From NCBI GenBank assembly GCA_963725865.1, contig CAVSAC010000014.1, forward strand, positions 352,001 through 416,000: a DNA stretch of 64,000 nucleotides, written 5' to 3'. Positions 26,422 through 36,727 of the stretch are shown here, piece after piece (the stretch's first letter is position 1; each line of letters begins with the position of its first letter). The position numbers and the translations under genes were made by a program. This DNA is from Candidatus Eiseniibacteriota bacterium. Lineage in GTDB: Bacteria; Eisenbacteria; RBG-16-71-46. The notes below the pieces were generated by a model. The model saw only the letters and a program-made list of their open reading frames with translations, searched no databases and had not been told where the DNA came from.

Positions 26422-27752
26422 CAGCGGTGGCCCTCCTGGGGACGCGCGGTGGGTAGGATCCAGACGACGGCGCGCCGCTCCGGCACGAGCACCCGGGCGG
26501 CCACGCGCTGCACGTCCGCGGCCGTCAGCGCGCGCACGCGCTCGAGCCGCGCGGCGGGGCCATGCGGATCGCCGCCGGCGATCCACGAGGTCCCCAGCGC
26601 GCGCTCGACGCCGACCGGCGTCTGCCATGCGAACAACAGGTCCACCTCGACCTGACGCTTCGCCGCCTCGAGCTCGTCGTCCGAGACCGGCTCCCGCGCC
26701 GCCGCCTCGATCGCCGCCACGACCTCGCGCTCGGCGCGCGTGGTGTCGAGGAGCGGCGTCGGGCTCGCGAGCAGGTACAGCAATCCGCCCTCGGCACGGG
26801 TGTCGAGCGAGCCCTGCGCGAACTGACACGGCGCGTGTTCCGCGTCGATCAGCAGCCGCTGCACTCGCGAGGTGGAGCCGCCCGTCAGGACGCGCCCCAG
26901 CACCTCCATCGCCGGCGCGTCGGGGTCCGCCAGCCCGGGCGAACGCCAGCCGATCGCCATCACGGCCGCCGAGGCCTCGCCCGTCATCCGTGCGCGGCGC
27001 TCGCCGGGCGTCGGCTGAGGCGCGGGCCGCTCGACCGCCGCCGGCTTGCCCGGCAGCGCGCCGAGCGTGCGCTTCACCGCCGCGAGCGCGGCGGCCGGCT
27101 CGAAGCGTCCGGCCAGCGCCACCACCATGCGACCGGGCACGTAGCGCGCGGCCCGGTAGGCCTGCACCTGCGCGAGCGTGATCCGGTCCAGGTCCTCCTC
27201 GAGCCCGGTCGCCGGCAGTCGATACGGGTGACCGGGATAGGCGGTGGCATAGAGCAGCCGCAGCACGCGACCTACCGCCGTCTGATCCGCGCGACCGCGG
27301 CGTTCGTCGCGCACCGTGCGCCGCGCGAGATCGAGCTTGGGCTTCGTCACCAGCAACCCGCCGAAGCGGTCCGCTTCGAGTCGCAGCAGGGTCTCGAGTG
27401 CCGCCGGCGGCAGGGTCGACTCGAAGCAGGTCTCGTCGGCGGTGGTGAAGGCGCCGAACGTGCCGCCCTCGGCCTGCACGCGCCGCGTGTACTCACCCGG
27501 CCCGTTCCGGGTCGTGCCCATGAACATCAGGCGCTCGATCAGGTGCGTCATGCCGGTGGCCCCGGCGGGCTCGATGCGCGAGCCCGCGCGCACCCAGATT
27601 CCGAGACCGATCGAGGCGGCCGTGGAGTCGGGAGCGAGCAGGACGGTGAGGCCGTTGGGAAGCGTGGTGGCGCGCGCGGCGGCGAACGGATCCGCGGCGT
27701 GCGCCAGCGCGGGCAGCGCGGCGAGCAGCAGCGCGAACAGACGGATGCTCAT
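26421..27752 (-). CDS. M16 family zinc peptidase, exported, with variant motif HxxER
   Basis: TLPNGLTVLL, GSRIEPAGATGMTHLIERLMFMGT, AFTTADET, HPYRLPATG; signal peptide. Confidence 0.88.
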   Translation of the reverse strand: MSIRLFALLLAALPALAHAADPFAAARATTLPNGLTVLLAPDSTAASIGLGIWVRAGSRIEPAGATGMTHLIERLMFMGTTRNGPGEYTRRVQAEGGTFGAFTTADETCFESTLPPAALETLLRLEADRFGGLLVTKPKLDLARRTVRDERRGRADQTAVGRVLRLLYATAYPGHPYRLPATGLEEDLDRITLAQVQAYRAARYVPGRMVVALAGRFEPAAALAAVKRTLGALPGKPAAVERPAPQPTPGERRARMTGEASAAVMAIGWRSPGLADPDAPAMEVLGRVLTGGSTSRVQRLLIDAEHAPCQFAQGSLDTRAEGGLLYLLASPTPLLDTTRAEREVVAAIEAAAREPVSDDELEAAKRQVEVDLLFAWQTPVGVERALGTSWIAGGDPHGPAARLERVRALTAADVQRVAARVLVPERRAVVWILPTARPQEGHR

Positions 27753-27790
27753 GAGGGATCGCCTTCGATGGGTTGGGGACACGGGTCGGA

Positions 27791-29671
27791 TCAGCGCAGC
27801 GAGACCAGCCGCAGGCCGGAGTGGCGGCCGGCGGCCTCGAGGATGATGAAATACACACCGGACTCCAGTACGTGGCCGCCGCCATCCAGGCCGTCCCAGA
27901 GCACCGACGCGGTCGGTGCGCCGCGCGTGAGGATGCCGGACCACAGCGTCCGCACCGCACGTCCCTGGGTGTCGACCACCCGCAGCTGCGCGCGGGCGCT
28001 CGCCGGACCTTCGGCGCCGAGCGCGAACCGCACCGTGGTGGCGGCCCGGCCCGGCCGCGCCGGGTGCGCCCCGCCGAGTGCGAGCGCGAGGAAGCCGGCG
28101 GGCGGCGTGAGCGGCGGAACGGTGGCGCTGTCGGGCGACCACCGCAGCGCCGCCAGCCCGTCGGGGAGGCCGTGGCCGTACACCGTGTCCGGACTGGCCG
28201 CGCGCGACGCGGTGCGGTAGAGCGACTGGATGATGGTCGTGGCGGGCCAGGCGGGACGCGCCTGGATCAGGCAGGCCGCGAGCCCCGCGGTGATGGGCGT
28301 GGAGAAGGACGTGCCGCTGTTCGTGATGTACGCGTTGACCACTCCGCCCGCCGAGGGCATCGAGTCGCTGACGCCGCGCGCGACCAGGTCGGGCTTGATG
28401 CGGCCGTCGAAGGTCGGGCCGATCGAGGAGAAGGACGCGATGTTGCCGATCGCGTCCACGGCGCCGAGCGTGATCACGCTGTCGCCGTTCGCGTCGCCGG
28501 GGGCGAGGACCTTGTTCTGCGGAAACGGGAACAGGCCCTCGTTGCCGGACGCGGTCACGACCAGGATGCCCTTGCTGGCGGCGATCTCGGCGGCACGCGT
28601 CACGATGGTCGTGTGTCCGTCGCGCATGGGGTACGTGAGGTCGTCCGCCGGATTGTCCATCGCCGCGTAGCCGAGCGAGGACGAGATCACGTCGGCTCCG
28701 AGGCTGTCGGCCCACTCGGCTCCCATGCGCCACCACACCAGCTCCTGGAGCGTCTCGGTGGGATCGTACTCGGTGCGGCCGAGTGCGTAGGTGGCGCCCG
28801 GCGCGGCGCCCACGTACACGCCGGGCTTGTTGCCCGCCATGCAGCTGAACGTCCACATGCCGTGGCGGAACGCGCCGGGGAGCGTGACGGTGTCGACCAC
28901 CACGGAGTCGCCTTCCACGAAGTCGCGCTGGTAGCCCGGCGGCACGAGCGCGTCGCGCGTGGCCTCGTGCTTGTCGTGGAAGTTGAATCCGTTGTCGAGC
29001 ACGCAGATCGTGACCCCGGTCCCGACGTAGCCGGAGTCGTGCACCGCCGGGATGTGGATCTGGCTGAGCTGCGACCAGCTGAAGCCGTACTGGATCGCCT
29101 GCGCGGCCAGTGCGCGATCGCCCGCGACCGACCGCGCCGGCGCCGCGATCTCGGGGCCCGGCGGCGGCGGTGTGGAGACTCGCCCGCGCTCCACCGGCCG
29201 CAACCGCGCGACGTGCGGCAGCGCGGCGAGCTCGGCGAGGCGCGTGCCGGGCAGCCGCACCGCGATCTCGTTTCCCCACCGCGACGCGCCGTACGGCGCG
29301 AGCCCGCGCGCGCGCAGCTCCTCGACGTAGGGGCCGTACACCGGGAGGTCGTCGTAGGACACCAGCGGCCGCAGCCCGGCGCGCAGCCGGCGCGCGCGAT
29401 TGGCGGGCGTGAGTGCCGCCTCGGCCCGCGCCAGCATCGCCGCCAGCTCGGCGGTGTCGTGCTCGCCCTTGTCGGCGAAGCTGACCCACGCCGCGACCGG
29501 CGCGTCGGAATCCAAGCTGGCGACCAGGCGTGGATCGAGCCGCTCCGCCGCCGCTTCGGGCAGCCGGCCCGCGTGAACCGGCGCGCTCGCGAGTGCACCC
29601 ACCAACACGAGCGCCCGGGCGAGGGACCGATGGCCGTGGGCCGGACGTTGGGACCGGAACGGATGCCTCAC
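27791..29671 (-). CDS. Secreted S8 subtilisin-like serine protease with FlgD/T9SS-type CTD
   Basis: Catalytic triad VLDNG, HGMWT, GTSFSTP; oxyanion motif SGNEG; C-terminal VVDTQGRAVRTL...WDGLD...SGVYFIIL. Confidence 0.92.
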   Translation of the reverse strand: MRHPFRSQRPAHGHRSLARALVLVGALASAPVHAGRLPEAAAERLDPRLVASLDSDAPVAAWVSFADKGEHDTAELAAMLARAEAALTPANRARRLRAGLRPLVSYDDLPVYGPYVEELRARGLAPYGASRWGNEIAVRLPGTRLAELAALPHVARLRPVERGRVSTPPPPGPEIAAPARSVAGDRALAAQAIQYGFSWSQLSQIHIPAVHDSGYVGTGVTICVLDNGFNFHDKHEATRDALVPPGYQRDFVEGDSVVVDTVTLPGAFRHGMWTFSCMAGNKPGVYVGAAPGATYALGRTEYDPTETLQELVWWRMGAEWADSLGADVISSSLGYAAMDNPADDLTYPMRDGHTTIVTRAAEIAASKGILVVTASGNEGLFPFPQNKVLAPGDANGDSVITLGAVDAIGNIASFSSIGPTFDGRIKPDLVARGVSDSMPSAGGVVNAYITNSGTSFSTPITAGLAACLIQARPAWPATTIIQSLYRTASRAASPDTVYGHGLPDGLAALRWSPDSATVPPLTPPAGFLALALGGAHPARPGRAATTVRFALGAEGPASARAQLRVVDTQGRAVRTLWSGILTRGAPTASVLWDGLDGGGHVLESGVYFIILEAAGRHSGLRLVSLR

Positions 29672-29717
29672 GCGATGTCTCTCCCTTCGCCCCGGATGGG
29701 CGGTGTTCGCGGCCTCG

Positions 29718-30731
29718 TCAGGCCGCATGCATCTCGCTGCACACCGCCTCGATCCGACCGACCTCGAGTCCGGCGTGATTCGTCGTCACCGGTCGCGCGA
29801 ACCGCGCGAGGGCCTCCACCTCGTCCTTCGAAAGCACGCCGAGGCGCTCGAGCAGCGCGATGATCGCCGGCGGTGACGCCCGGCGGTCCCCGTCGAGAAC
29901 CTTCACCGCCGCGCCCCAGCCACGGTCCGTCACCGCAACGCACTCCAACCCCTCGGCCCCGATCTTCGACACCAGCCGCCCGCCGGTGCGCTGCATCAGC
30001 ACCGCGCTGAAGCGCCCCACGCCCGACGTCGCGAGCGGATGCGCCGCCATCGCGTCGCGGATGCGCGCCAGCGCCCGTGCCCGCGCATCACCTCCGCGGT
30101 CGGCCGCCGCGAGCACCGCATAGGCGCGCGCGAGGCCCACCAGCGGCGCACCGAACGCCACGACACTGCAGCCATCGACGCCGGTCGCGAGCGACTCGGG
30201 GGGGACCCCGCAGGCCCAGGCGACGCTCTCGCGGATCGCGAGCTGGACCGGATGGTCCGCTCGCGTGTAGCCGACGAGCGGCCAGCCCTCCGAGACGGCC
30301 AGGCACAGCATCCCGGCGTGTTTTCCGGAGCAGTTATTGTACAGCGTCGAGCGCCGTTCCGGATGCTTCCGCAGCAGCTGGGCGGCCTCGCGGTCGAATG
30401 GCTCGTGGAGTCCGCAGGCCAGCTGGTCCGGCGTCAGCCCCATCACGTCGAGCATCCGGGCCACGCGTTCGACGTGCCAGGCGCTTCCGCTGTGGGAGGC
30501 GGCCATCAGGGCCAGTTCCTCGTCGGACCACCCCCAGCGGTCGGCGTGCCCCCGTTCCACCAGCGGAAGGAGTTGGAATGGCTTGGCCGCTGAGCGGAAC
30601 GAGGTCATCCGCCCGGGCTCGGCGGTGGACAGCACCACGCCGCCGTGCCGATCGGTCACGGCGGCGTCGAGTCGATGGCGGGATTCCAGCAACTCCCCGC
30701 GCCACACGTTCACGTCGATCTGAAGGGGCAT
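29718..30731 (-). CDS. Rhizobium etli-type L-asparaginase (Asparaginase_II family)
   Basis: RSAAKPFQ, ASHSG, NNCSGKHAGM, DGCS, SKIGAEG, KVLDG. Confidence 0.9.
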   Translation of the reverse strand: MPLQIDVNVWRGELLESRHRLDAAVTDRHGGVVLSTAEPGRMTSFRSAAKPFQLLPLVERGHADRWGWSDEELALMAASHSGSAWHVERVARMLDVMGLTPDQLACGLHEPFDREAAQLLRKHPERRSTLYNNCSGKHAGMLCLAVSEGWPLVGYTRADHPVQLAIRESVAWACGVPPESLATGVDGCSVVAFGAPLVGLARAYAVLAAADRGGDARARALARIRDAMAAHPLATSGVGRFSAVLMQRTGGRLVSKIGAEGLECVAVTDRGWGAAVKVLDGDRRASPPAIIALLERLGVLSKDEVEALARFARPVTTNHAGLEVGRIEAVCSEMHAA

Positions 30732-30778
30732 GGGCGGATCGCGAAAGTCCGGGGCCCGCATGACGCGGGCCCCCGCCG

Positions 30779-31885
30779 TCAGCGGATGACGACCAGCCGG
30801 CTCTGGAAGGTGAAAGTCCCGGATTCCACGCGGTACATGTAGATGCCCGAGGCAACGGACTGGCCGTCCTGGTTGGTCAGGTCCCAGCGCTCGAAGTCGC
30901 GCACCCGGTCGCTGTGCTGGAGGGTTCTCACCAGGTCACCGGCGATCGTGTAGATCTTGATCGTCGAGCGCACGGGCAGGTTCGTGAAGTGGACTTCGTT
31001 CCCGCCCTGGGGATCCCACGGCGCGCGACCGCGATAGGGATTCGGCACCACTCCGACGCGCTCGAGATTCACCGTCGGGCCGCCGGTGGGCTCCACGTAG
31101 GTCGAGATGAGGTTGGTCGCCTTGGTATTGAGATTCGGGCAGGTGCCCGGGTTCCCCGGGATCCCGCAGCGTGACCAGTCCGAGGTGTCGGGAACGAACA
31201 GGTCCTCGTAGGTCCTGTCACGCCGGTTGTACGCCTCGTAGGTGATCGCGTACCAGGTGCGGAACCCGTCGTGCGGCCCCGGCGGCGCTTTCAGCACCAT
31301 CACCGAATCACCGATGGTCAGGCAGCGGCCCAGGTTGTCGACCCGGCGACACTCCTTCACGAAGGCGCCGTTCGAGTCGGGATCGACGAAGGCGACGATG
31401 CTGTCGTGCATGACCTGCCCCTGGCATATGAACTGGAGGTAGCGCGAGCTGCTCGGGGAGGAGTCCACGACCGAGAAGTGCCAAGATAGGAGGGTGTCGT
31501 CGTCCTGCCGGGAGAAGCGGCGGATCAGGACCATCGAGGCGGTATCCGGCCGATTCGTGACGCGATAGATGCGATAGCCTCCGAAGTCCGACCGAGCTTC
31601 CGCGCGGCGATCGCGCTTGAAGCGGACGGTGATCGCCCGGGCATCCTCGCGGACGCTGTCGGGCAGCGGCCCCGCGAACGAGCCGGGGCAGCGGTAGTTC
31701 TGGATCAACGTGCTGTCCTGGAAATGCCCGGGAAAGGCGCACACCGCGATGCGGGGGAACGGCAGCACGCTGTCGGGGAAGCAGTGGATCTGGGCGAACG
31801 CGGGCGCGCTGGCGCCGGCCCCGAGGGCCAGCGCCAGCACCGCACCGAACAGGAATCGACGGCACGGCCTATTGAACATGCTCAT
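30779..31885 (-). CDS. Secreted hypothetical protein with a T9SS type-A-like C-terminal domain
   Basis: Signal peptide (APAFA-Q); DFGGYRIYR; C-terminal VVPNPY...FTNLP...IKIYTIAGDLVRTL...WDLTNQDGQSVASGIYMYRV...LVVIR. Confidence 0.82.
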   Translation of the reverse strand: MSMFNRPCRRFLFGAVLALALGAGASAPAFAQIHCFPDSVLPFPRIAVCAFPGHFQDSTLIQNYRCPGSFAGPLPDSVREDARAITVRFKRDRRAEARSDFGGYRIYRVTNRPDTASMVLIRRFSRQDDDTLLSWHFSVVDSSPSSSRYLQFICQGQVMHDSIVAFVDPDSNGAFVKECRRVDNLGRCLTIGDSVMVLKAPPGPHDGFRTWYAITYEAYNRRDRTYEDLFVPDTSDWSRCGIPGNPGTCPNLNTKATNLISTYVEPTGGPTVNLERVGVVPNPYRGRAPWDPQGGNEVHFTNLPVRSTIKIYTIAGDLVRTLQHSDRVRDFERWDLTNQDGQSVASGIYMYRVESGTFTFQSRLVVIR

Positions 31886-31936
31886 TCATCACTCCCCGAA
31901 TGGGCTGCCGTGGCGGCCGCCGGAACCGCGGTTCCG

Positions 31937-34382
31937 CTACGACCTGTGGGGACGGCTCGAGCTGCACCCGTGGCCGGGGACCAGACTCTGGGAGCACCAG
32001 GAGCCGCGCGCATCGCACTCGTCCTGGGGCGGCATGGGAAGTCTCATGACCTCCCCCAGAACGAAGTCGACCATCTGCACGAGCTGCGGGCGCCGGTAGT
32101 TCCACAGGTCGAAGCCCGAGAACACGAACTCCGGGAACTCGAGACCGTGGTAATACGTCATCAGCGGCGTGCCCACCACGGAACCCGGCTTCGGCAACCC
32201 CGTGAGCGGGTCGAGCCCGCCAATCTCCCACGCGCGCCCGAACGCGAGGACGGCCTCGGACTTCATCAGCGTGTCGAGCGTCGCCTGCTCGACCACGTTG
32301 TCCGGCGCCGGGTCGATGTCCTCGAGGATCGAGTTCGGCTGGCTCAGGTATTCGAGCGCGACTCGGTACTGCGTGCGATAGAAGCTCGACGGAGTCAGCG
32401 CGCGGGTCGCCGGCAGCGGATCCCCATCCGGCAGCGGCCCCTGGACCTTCGTGTTCTGGAGCACGGTCGGCAAGCCATTGTAGTCGGGAGCCGAGCGACC
32501 GCCCGCCCAGGTCGGCATCGTCCAGCCGCCGATCGCCCGCACCGACTTCTTCATCTGCGGATCCGCGACCACGTAGTTCTGCAGCTCCGAGCGCCAATGC
32601 ACGATGTCGTACATCATGCGTCCCGGCTGCAGCTCGGTCGGCTGGCGGTTGGAGTACGTGAATGTCGCGATGTCGTTGTTCGCGCTGTTGAACAGGTTCT
32701 TGCACAGCGCGGTCGCCGCCCCACCGCCGGCGAGCCATACCTTACCGCCCTGCCGGACGTACGCCCCGAGCGTGTTGATCTTGCCGGGGCTGCTCATGTA
32801 CACGAGTCCGTAGGCGCCGCCGAGCGGACTCACGAGCGTCGAGTTGGCATCGATGATCCAAACCACGTTCCGGTACTGACCGAGGATGGCGAGTCGCACG
32901 GTCTTGTCGAGTCCGACGGTACTGGTGGTTCGATAGACGTTGAAATCGTACCCCGCGAAGATGCCGGGATCCGAGTTGCCGGCCGGAGTGACGCATTGCC
33001 ATGGGACTCCTCCGCGGGCGAACAGGAAGGAGTCGCATTCGGCTTCGTTCGGCCAGTTGCCCGTCGGTGGTCGCAGACATCCACCACCACCCGGCACTGG
33101 CGCCTCCGGTTGGAGTCGCACGTCGAAGACGATGAGGAGCGGCTTCTCGAACGTCGCCTGGATCACGGTCATGTGCACGATCCCGAGGCTCGCGAGTCCA
33201 TTGTTGTCGCGCGACTCGACGTAGAACAGATGCTCGCCCGGACCGAATGGGCCCACGGTCGCCGAGAGGACGCCGACACCGGCATCGCTCCAGTGCTTGA
33301 AGTCGTTCACGTCGGTCCGCGTGGCGTCGTTCGCGGGGTCGCCGTCCAGCATCCATCGATAGGACTCGATGATGGCTCCGGTCGGAGGCTCGGCGGACCA
33401 GTTGAACGTGATGGGCTGTTGAGCCGGCACCTCGAGATTCGTGTAGGCCGCCGGATCGTTGACCCAGCCGCCCTTGAGGCTGACCACGAAGAACTCGTTG
33501 TACATGGTGATCTTGGGACCGTTCGTGCTCGCGAAGCCCGGCCGCAGCCGCAGCATGTTCTGGGACAGGTCGAAGACCGGCGAGAAAGCCCCCGCCTCGT
33601 CGAACGCGACCACCACGAACAGGAAGTCCTGGTCCGCGTTCAGGCCCGTGAACTGATGGAAGGTGGTGTCCGCGCTGGTCGAGTCCCAGCCGGCCCAGGG
33701 TCCGGGGAGCGAGTGACTCGCCCAATCGTAGGCGTAGTAGTTGCGGAGCAGGCCGGATTGGTCACCGCCTGATCGATCGGGAATCCGCCGCCGCCGGGCC
33801 CAGCAGGAGGTACTTGTACTTCACCGGCTTCGACGTCAGCTGGCCATCCGGGTCGGTGCCATTCCAGGTGACGCGGACCGACGGCGTGCAGAAGATCGGG
33901 CCGAGACGATTCGGTCGCGGGTTGCTGATGGTCACGGTCGGGCACTGGGTGTACGAGTAGAACCCTCGACTGACGACGTCCGACGTGTCACCGCGATTGT
34001 CGACGGCGCACAGCGAGAACACGTGCGGCCGGGTCGCGATGCTGTTGTCCGCGTTCGAGGAGTCCGCCGTGAAGAACACGATCTGCTCGTTGTTCGTCGT
34101 GCGGATCCAACGGATCGTGGAGTCGAGGGCGGTCGGCGGATCGATCGCGTAGAGGAAGTAGTCGATGCGGCCGTCCGGATCGTTCCCGATCCAGTCGATC
34201 CGGTACGCGTAGAAGTACGACGAGGCACGCGACGTGTCGTACGGTGCCGCGGTCAGCCGAACGGTTGGCGGCAGGTTCGGCACCAGCCGATCCGTGATCT
34301 TCTTCGAGCAACCGGCGATGGTCGTTGCGGCCAGGGCCACCCCCGCCACGATGCCCGCCAGGGCGATGCGATGGGCGTTCAT
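31937..34382 (-). CDS. Large putative lipoprotein (about 815 aa reconstructed), frameshifted at about 33750-33800
   Basis: Lipobox TIAG-C; ATGA coupling to the upstream gene. The N-terminal ORF 33762-34382 joins the frame of 31937-33616 via ...LLRNYYAYDW...WDSTSADTTFHQFTGL...FVVVAFDEAG. Confidence 0.75.
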
Positions 34383-36484
34383 TCTCCTGCACTCCTACCG
34401 TCTTGCATGGACCCCGGTCCGGGTTCATCAAGTGGAACGGTGATCGACGTCGATCCGCTCGGAGCCGGCGGCGGCGGCGGAACGATCACCGGGATGTTGT
34501 ACGTGCGACAGCGCCCCGAGCCCGACTGGAACTCGCAGTTCAGGCAGTCGCACACTTCGACCTCGAGCGTGACCGAGGTGCCGACCAGCCACGTCGGCAG
34601 CACGATGCTGAACGACGGAGTCGTGTGATACGGCTGAATGGCGTAGTCCGTGAACGTCGTGTCGGAGCCGGTCGGGCCCACGCCGTGGACGATCACGCGG
34701 TAGCGCGGCGCCGCCTGGGTCGGTCCGCCCGTCGGGGGCGAGATCGAGGAGACGTCGTACGGATCCAGATCGGTCGAGACCAGGTTCACGTCGAGCGAGC
34801 GGCTGAAGTACTGCGTACCCGGCCTGGGCTTGAAGCCGCCATCGGTCAACACCAGCTCGGGGCTGTGATCCACGTAGAACGTGAGGATCTTGCGCCGCAG
34901 CGCGCGCAGTGAGTCGTTGCCGCCCGTGAGGTTCCGGCCCACGATCTGGACGATCTCGGGGACGTTGAGATCAGGGACCTCCTCGTCCAGCCCACCCACC
35001 GCGCGGCCGTGCCCATCCTCGGCACGCGCGAACATGTAGGCCTGGCCCGCCACGTTGCACGTCCAGTACTTCGCCATCGTCACGTTCTCGGGGCGCTGGA
35101 CGTTGGTGGGATCGAAGATCGGATAGAGGCCGCTCTGGGGGTTCTGCGACAACGAGCCGCTCGGGACCTTGGTCACCGAGAGATTCGCCCGGAAGCCGAT
35201 CGGCGACCCATTCGAGGGCCCCCGCTGGAGCACCGGCGGGGTCTCACCGTAGGTGGCTATCAGGTCGATGAGCTCAGGATCGAACGCACTGACCTTCACC
35301 AGGTACGGGGAGTCGGGATCGAGTCCGCCGTTGTGACAGATCACCCACGAGTTCATGTTGACGGTGTCGTACTCGCTGTGGACGTAGATCCGACACTTGT
35401 AGATCTCGAAGAAGGTCTTCCGCTCCGGGCGCAGCGCGGGATAGACGTAGACCGAGTCGCGGCTGAGCTGGCTGCCGGTGAAGCCGCCGCCAGGCAGTCC
35501 GCCCGGCGTGCAGATGTCGTAGTACCGGTAGCCGCTGCCCGCTTCGACCTGATTGAACTGGGGCGAGTTCGGGTCCGGCCCCGCGAACCAGGTGTCCGGC
35601 TTCAGGTTGAACTGGAAGCGGCGCCTCGCCTCGCCCTTCCAGCCGGCCTGGTCGATCGCGCGCAGGGTGAAGCTCTTTCGTCCCGGTCCCACCGCATCGG
35701 TCGCGCCGGTGTTGTAGGTCACGACGTCCGTGGAGGAATCCACATCGACGAAGTCGGTCTCGTCGAGCTTGTAGCGGAAGCTCACCGCGGGATTCCCGAC
35801 GACCACCGGCTCGGATCGCCAGCCGAAATCCAGTCGCGCGGTGGCGGGCACGGAATCCTGCGGGATGCTCGAGTCGATCAGGCTGTCGGTGATGTCGTAG
35901 GTGTGCGTGACCTGCATCAGGCCGCCACCGAACGCCCGCTCCCAGACGACGCCCGTTCCGCGCGCCTGTTCGAAGTAGATCAGCGGGGGGTACTTGTCGA
36001 TCGCGTTGAAGATCACGCGCGCGGGCGTCGCATCGGGCTTGCCGTCGTTGTCCACCGCGTAGATGAAGAACGCGTGCTGCCGATCAGGCCGGATCTCGGA
36101 GGCGGAGAAGATGAAGGTGCTGTCGGTCCTTGAGGTGAACCGATAGTCGCTGGGCTTCGGTCCCGGCAGAGAAGGCAGCGGCCCGGACCCGAGCGGGTTG
36201 TAGGGCAGCGTCTCCACGACGGCGTAGTAGAAGCCCGCGATGTCGCCATCCGGGTCCGAGCCAGCCCAGTAGAGATGGAACTTGAATGGGATGGTCGTGG
36301 GCCCCCCGCCAGGAAGCGGAGCTCCGCCCGCGTTCTTGATCGTGATCGTGTCCTGGGGGGCAGCCGTGATCCAGGTTTCTGGTGGCTGATTGCGGTCGGC
36401 GTTCGGGGCCAGCGCCTTGCGGCACCCCACGCCGATCAACGATGTCAGAAGCAGGCACAGCACGAGCCCGTTACGAAAGCGCAT
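34379..36484 (-). CDS. Large putative lipoprotein with Ig/FnIII-like repeats (701 aa)
   Basis: Lipobox IGVG-C; NQPPETWITAAP, WAGSDPDG, FFIYAVDNDG, FTLRAIDQAG. Confidence 0.82.
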   Translation of the reverse strand: MRFRNGLVLCLLLTSLIGVGCRKALAPNADRNQPPETWITAAPQDTITIKNAGGAPLPGGGPTTIPFKFHLYWAGSDPDGDIAGFYYAVVETLPYNPLGSGPLPSLPGPKPSDYRFTSRTDSTFIFSASEIRPDRQHAFFIYAVDNDGKPDATPARVIFNAIDKYPPLIYFEQARGTGVVWERAFGGGLMQVTHTYDITDSLIDSSIPQDSVPATARLDFGWRSEPVVVGNPAVSFRYKLDETDFVDVDSSTDVVTYNTGATDAVGPGRKSFTLRAIDQAGWKGEARRRFQFNLKPDTWFAGPDPNSPQFNQVEAGSGYRYYDICTPGGLPGGGFTGSQLSRDSVYVYPALRPERKTFFEIYKCRIYVHSEYDTVNMNSWVICHNGGLDPDSPYLVKVSAFDPELIDLIATYGETPPVLQRGPSNGSPIGFRANLSVTKVPSGSLSQNPQSGLYPIFDPTNVQRPENVTMAKYWTCNVAGQAYMFARAEDGHGRAVGGLDEEVPDLNVPEIVQIVGRNLTGGNDSLRALRRKILTFYVDHSPELVLTDGGFKPRPGTQYFSRSLDVNLVSTDLDPYDVSSISPPTGGPTQAAPRYRVIVHGVGPTGSDTTFTDYAIQPYHTTPSFSIVLPTWLVGTSVTLEVEVCDCLNCEFQSGSGRCRTYNIPVIVPPPPPAPSGSTSITVPLDEPGPGSMQDGRSAGE

Positions 36485-36529
36485 TCACGCCCCCCGGCAC
36501 GCCCAGTCATGTGAAGGGAAGTGAGTTGG

Positions 36530-36558
36530 ACGCTAACAGTCCGCTCTGGTCGCGTCAA
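36530..36558 (-). promoter_or_regulatory. Putative sigma70-type promoter of the lipoprotein operon
   Basis: TTGACG-17 nt-TAGCGT with a TG extension. Confidence 0.5.
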
Positions 36559-36682
36559 GCCGATTGACTGTCCGGGCTTGCGTTCCCGGAGCCTTGCGTC
36601 CGACCGGATGTCGCGGCGATGCCCTTGGGGAGTAGCCCGTATCGACGAAACGGCGGGCGTCGCTTCCAACCACCACAAAGCA

Positions 36683-36710
36683 GAAGGGCGGGGCTTGCGC
36701 CCCGCCCTTC
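36683..36710 (-). terminator. Intrinsic terminator after the giant secreted protein gene
   Basis: 12-bp stem gaagggcggggc/gccccgcccttc with a 4-nt loop, followed by TGCTTTGT on the minus strand. Confidence 0.7.
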
Positions 36711-36727
36711 CACGGTACGACTCGACG

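Noticed and set aside
26421..29489. Apparent 1022-aa M16 ORF, and N-terminally extended ORFs for ltaE (53320-55389) and 59318-60832
   Set aside because: The extensions overlap neighbouring real genes in other frames; starts were reassigned using RBS, signal peptides or stop/start overlaps.
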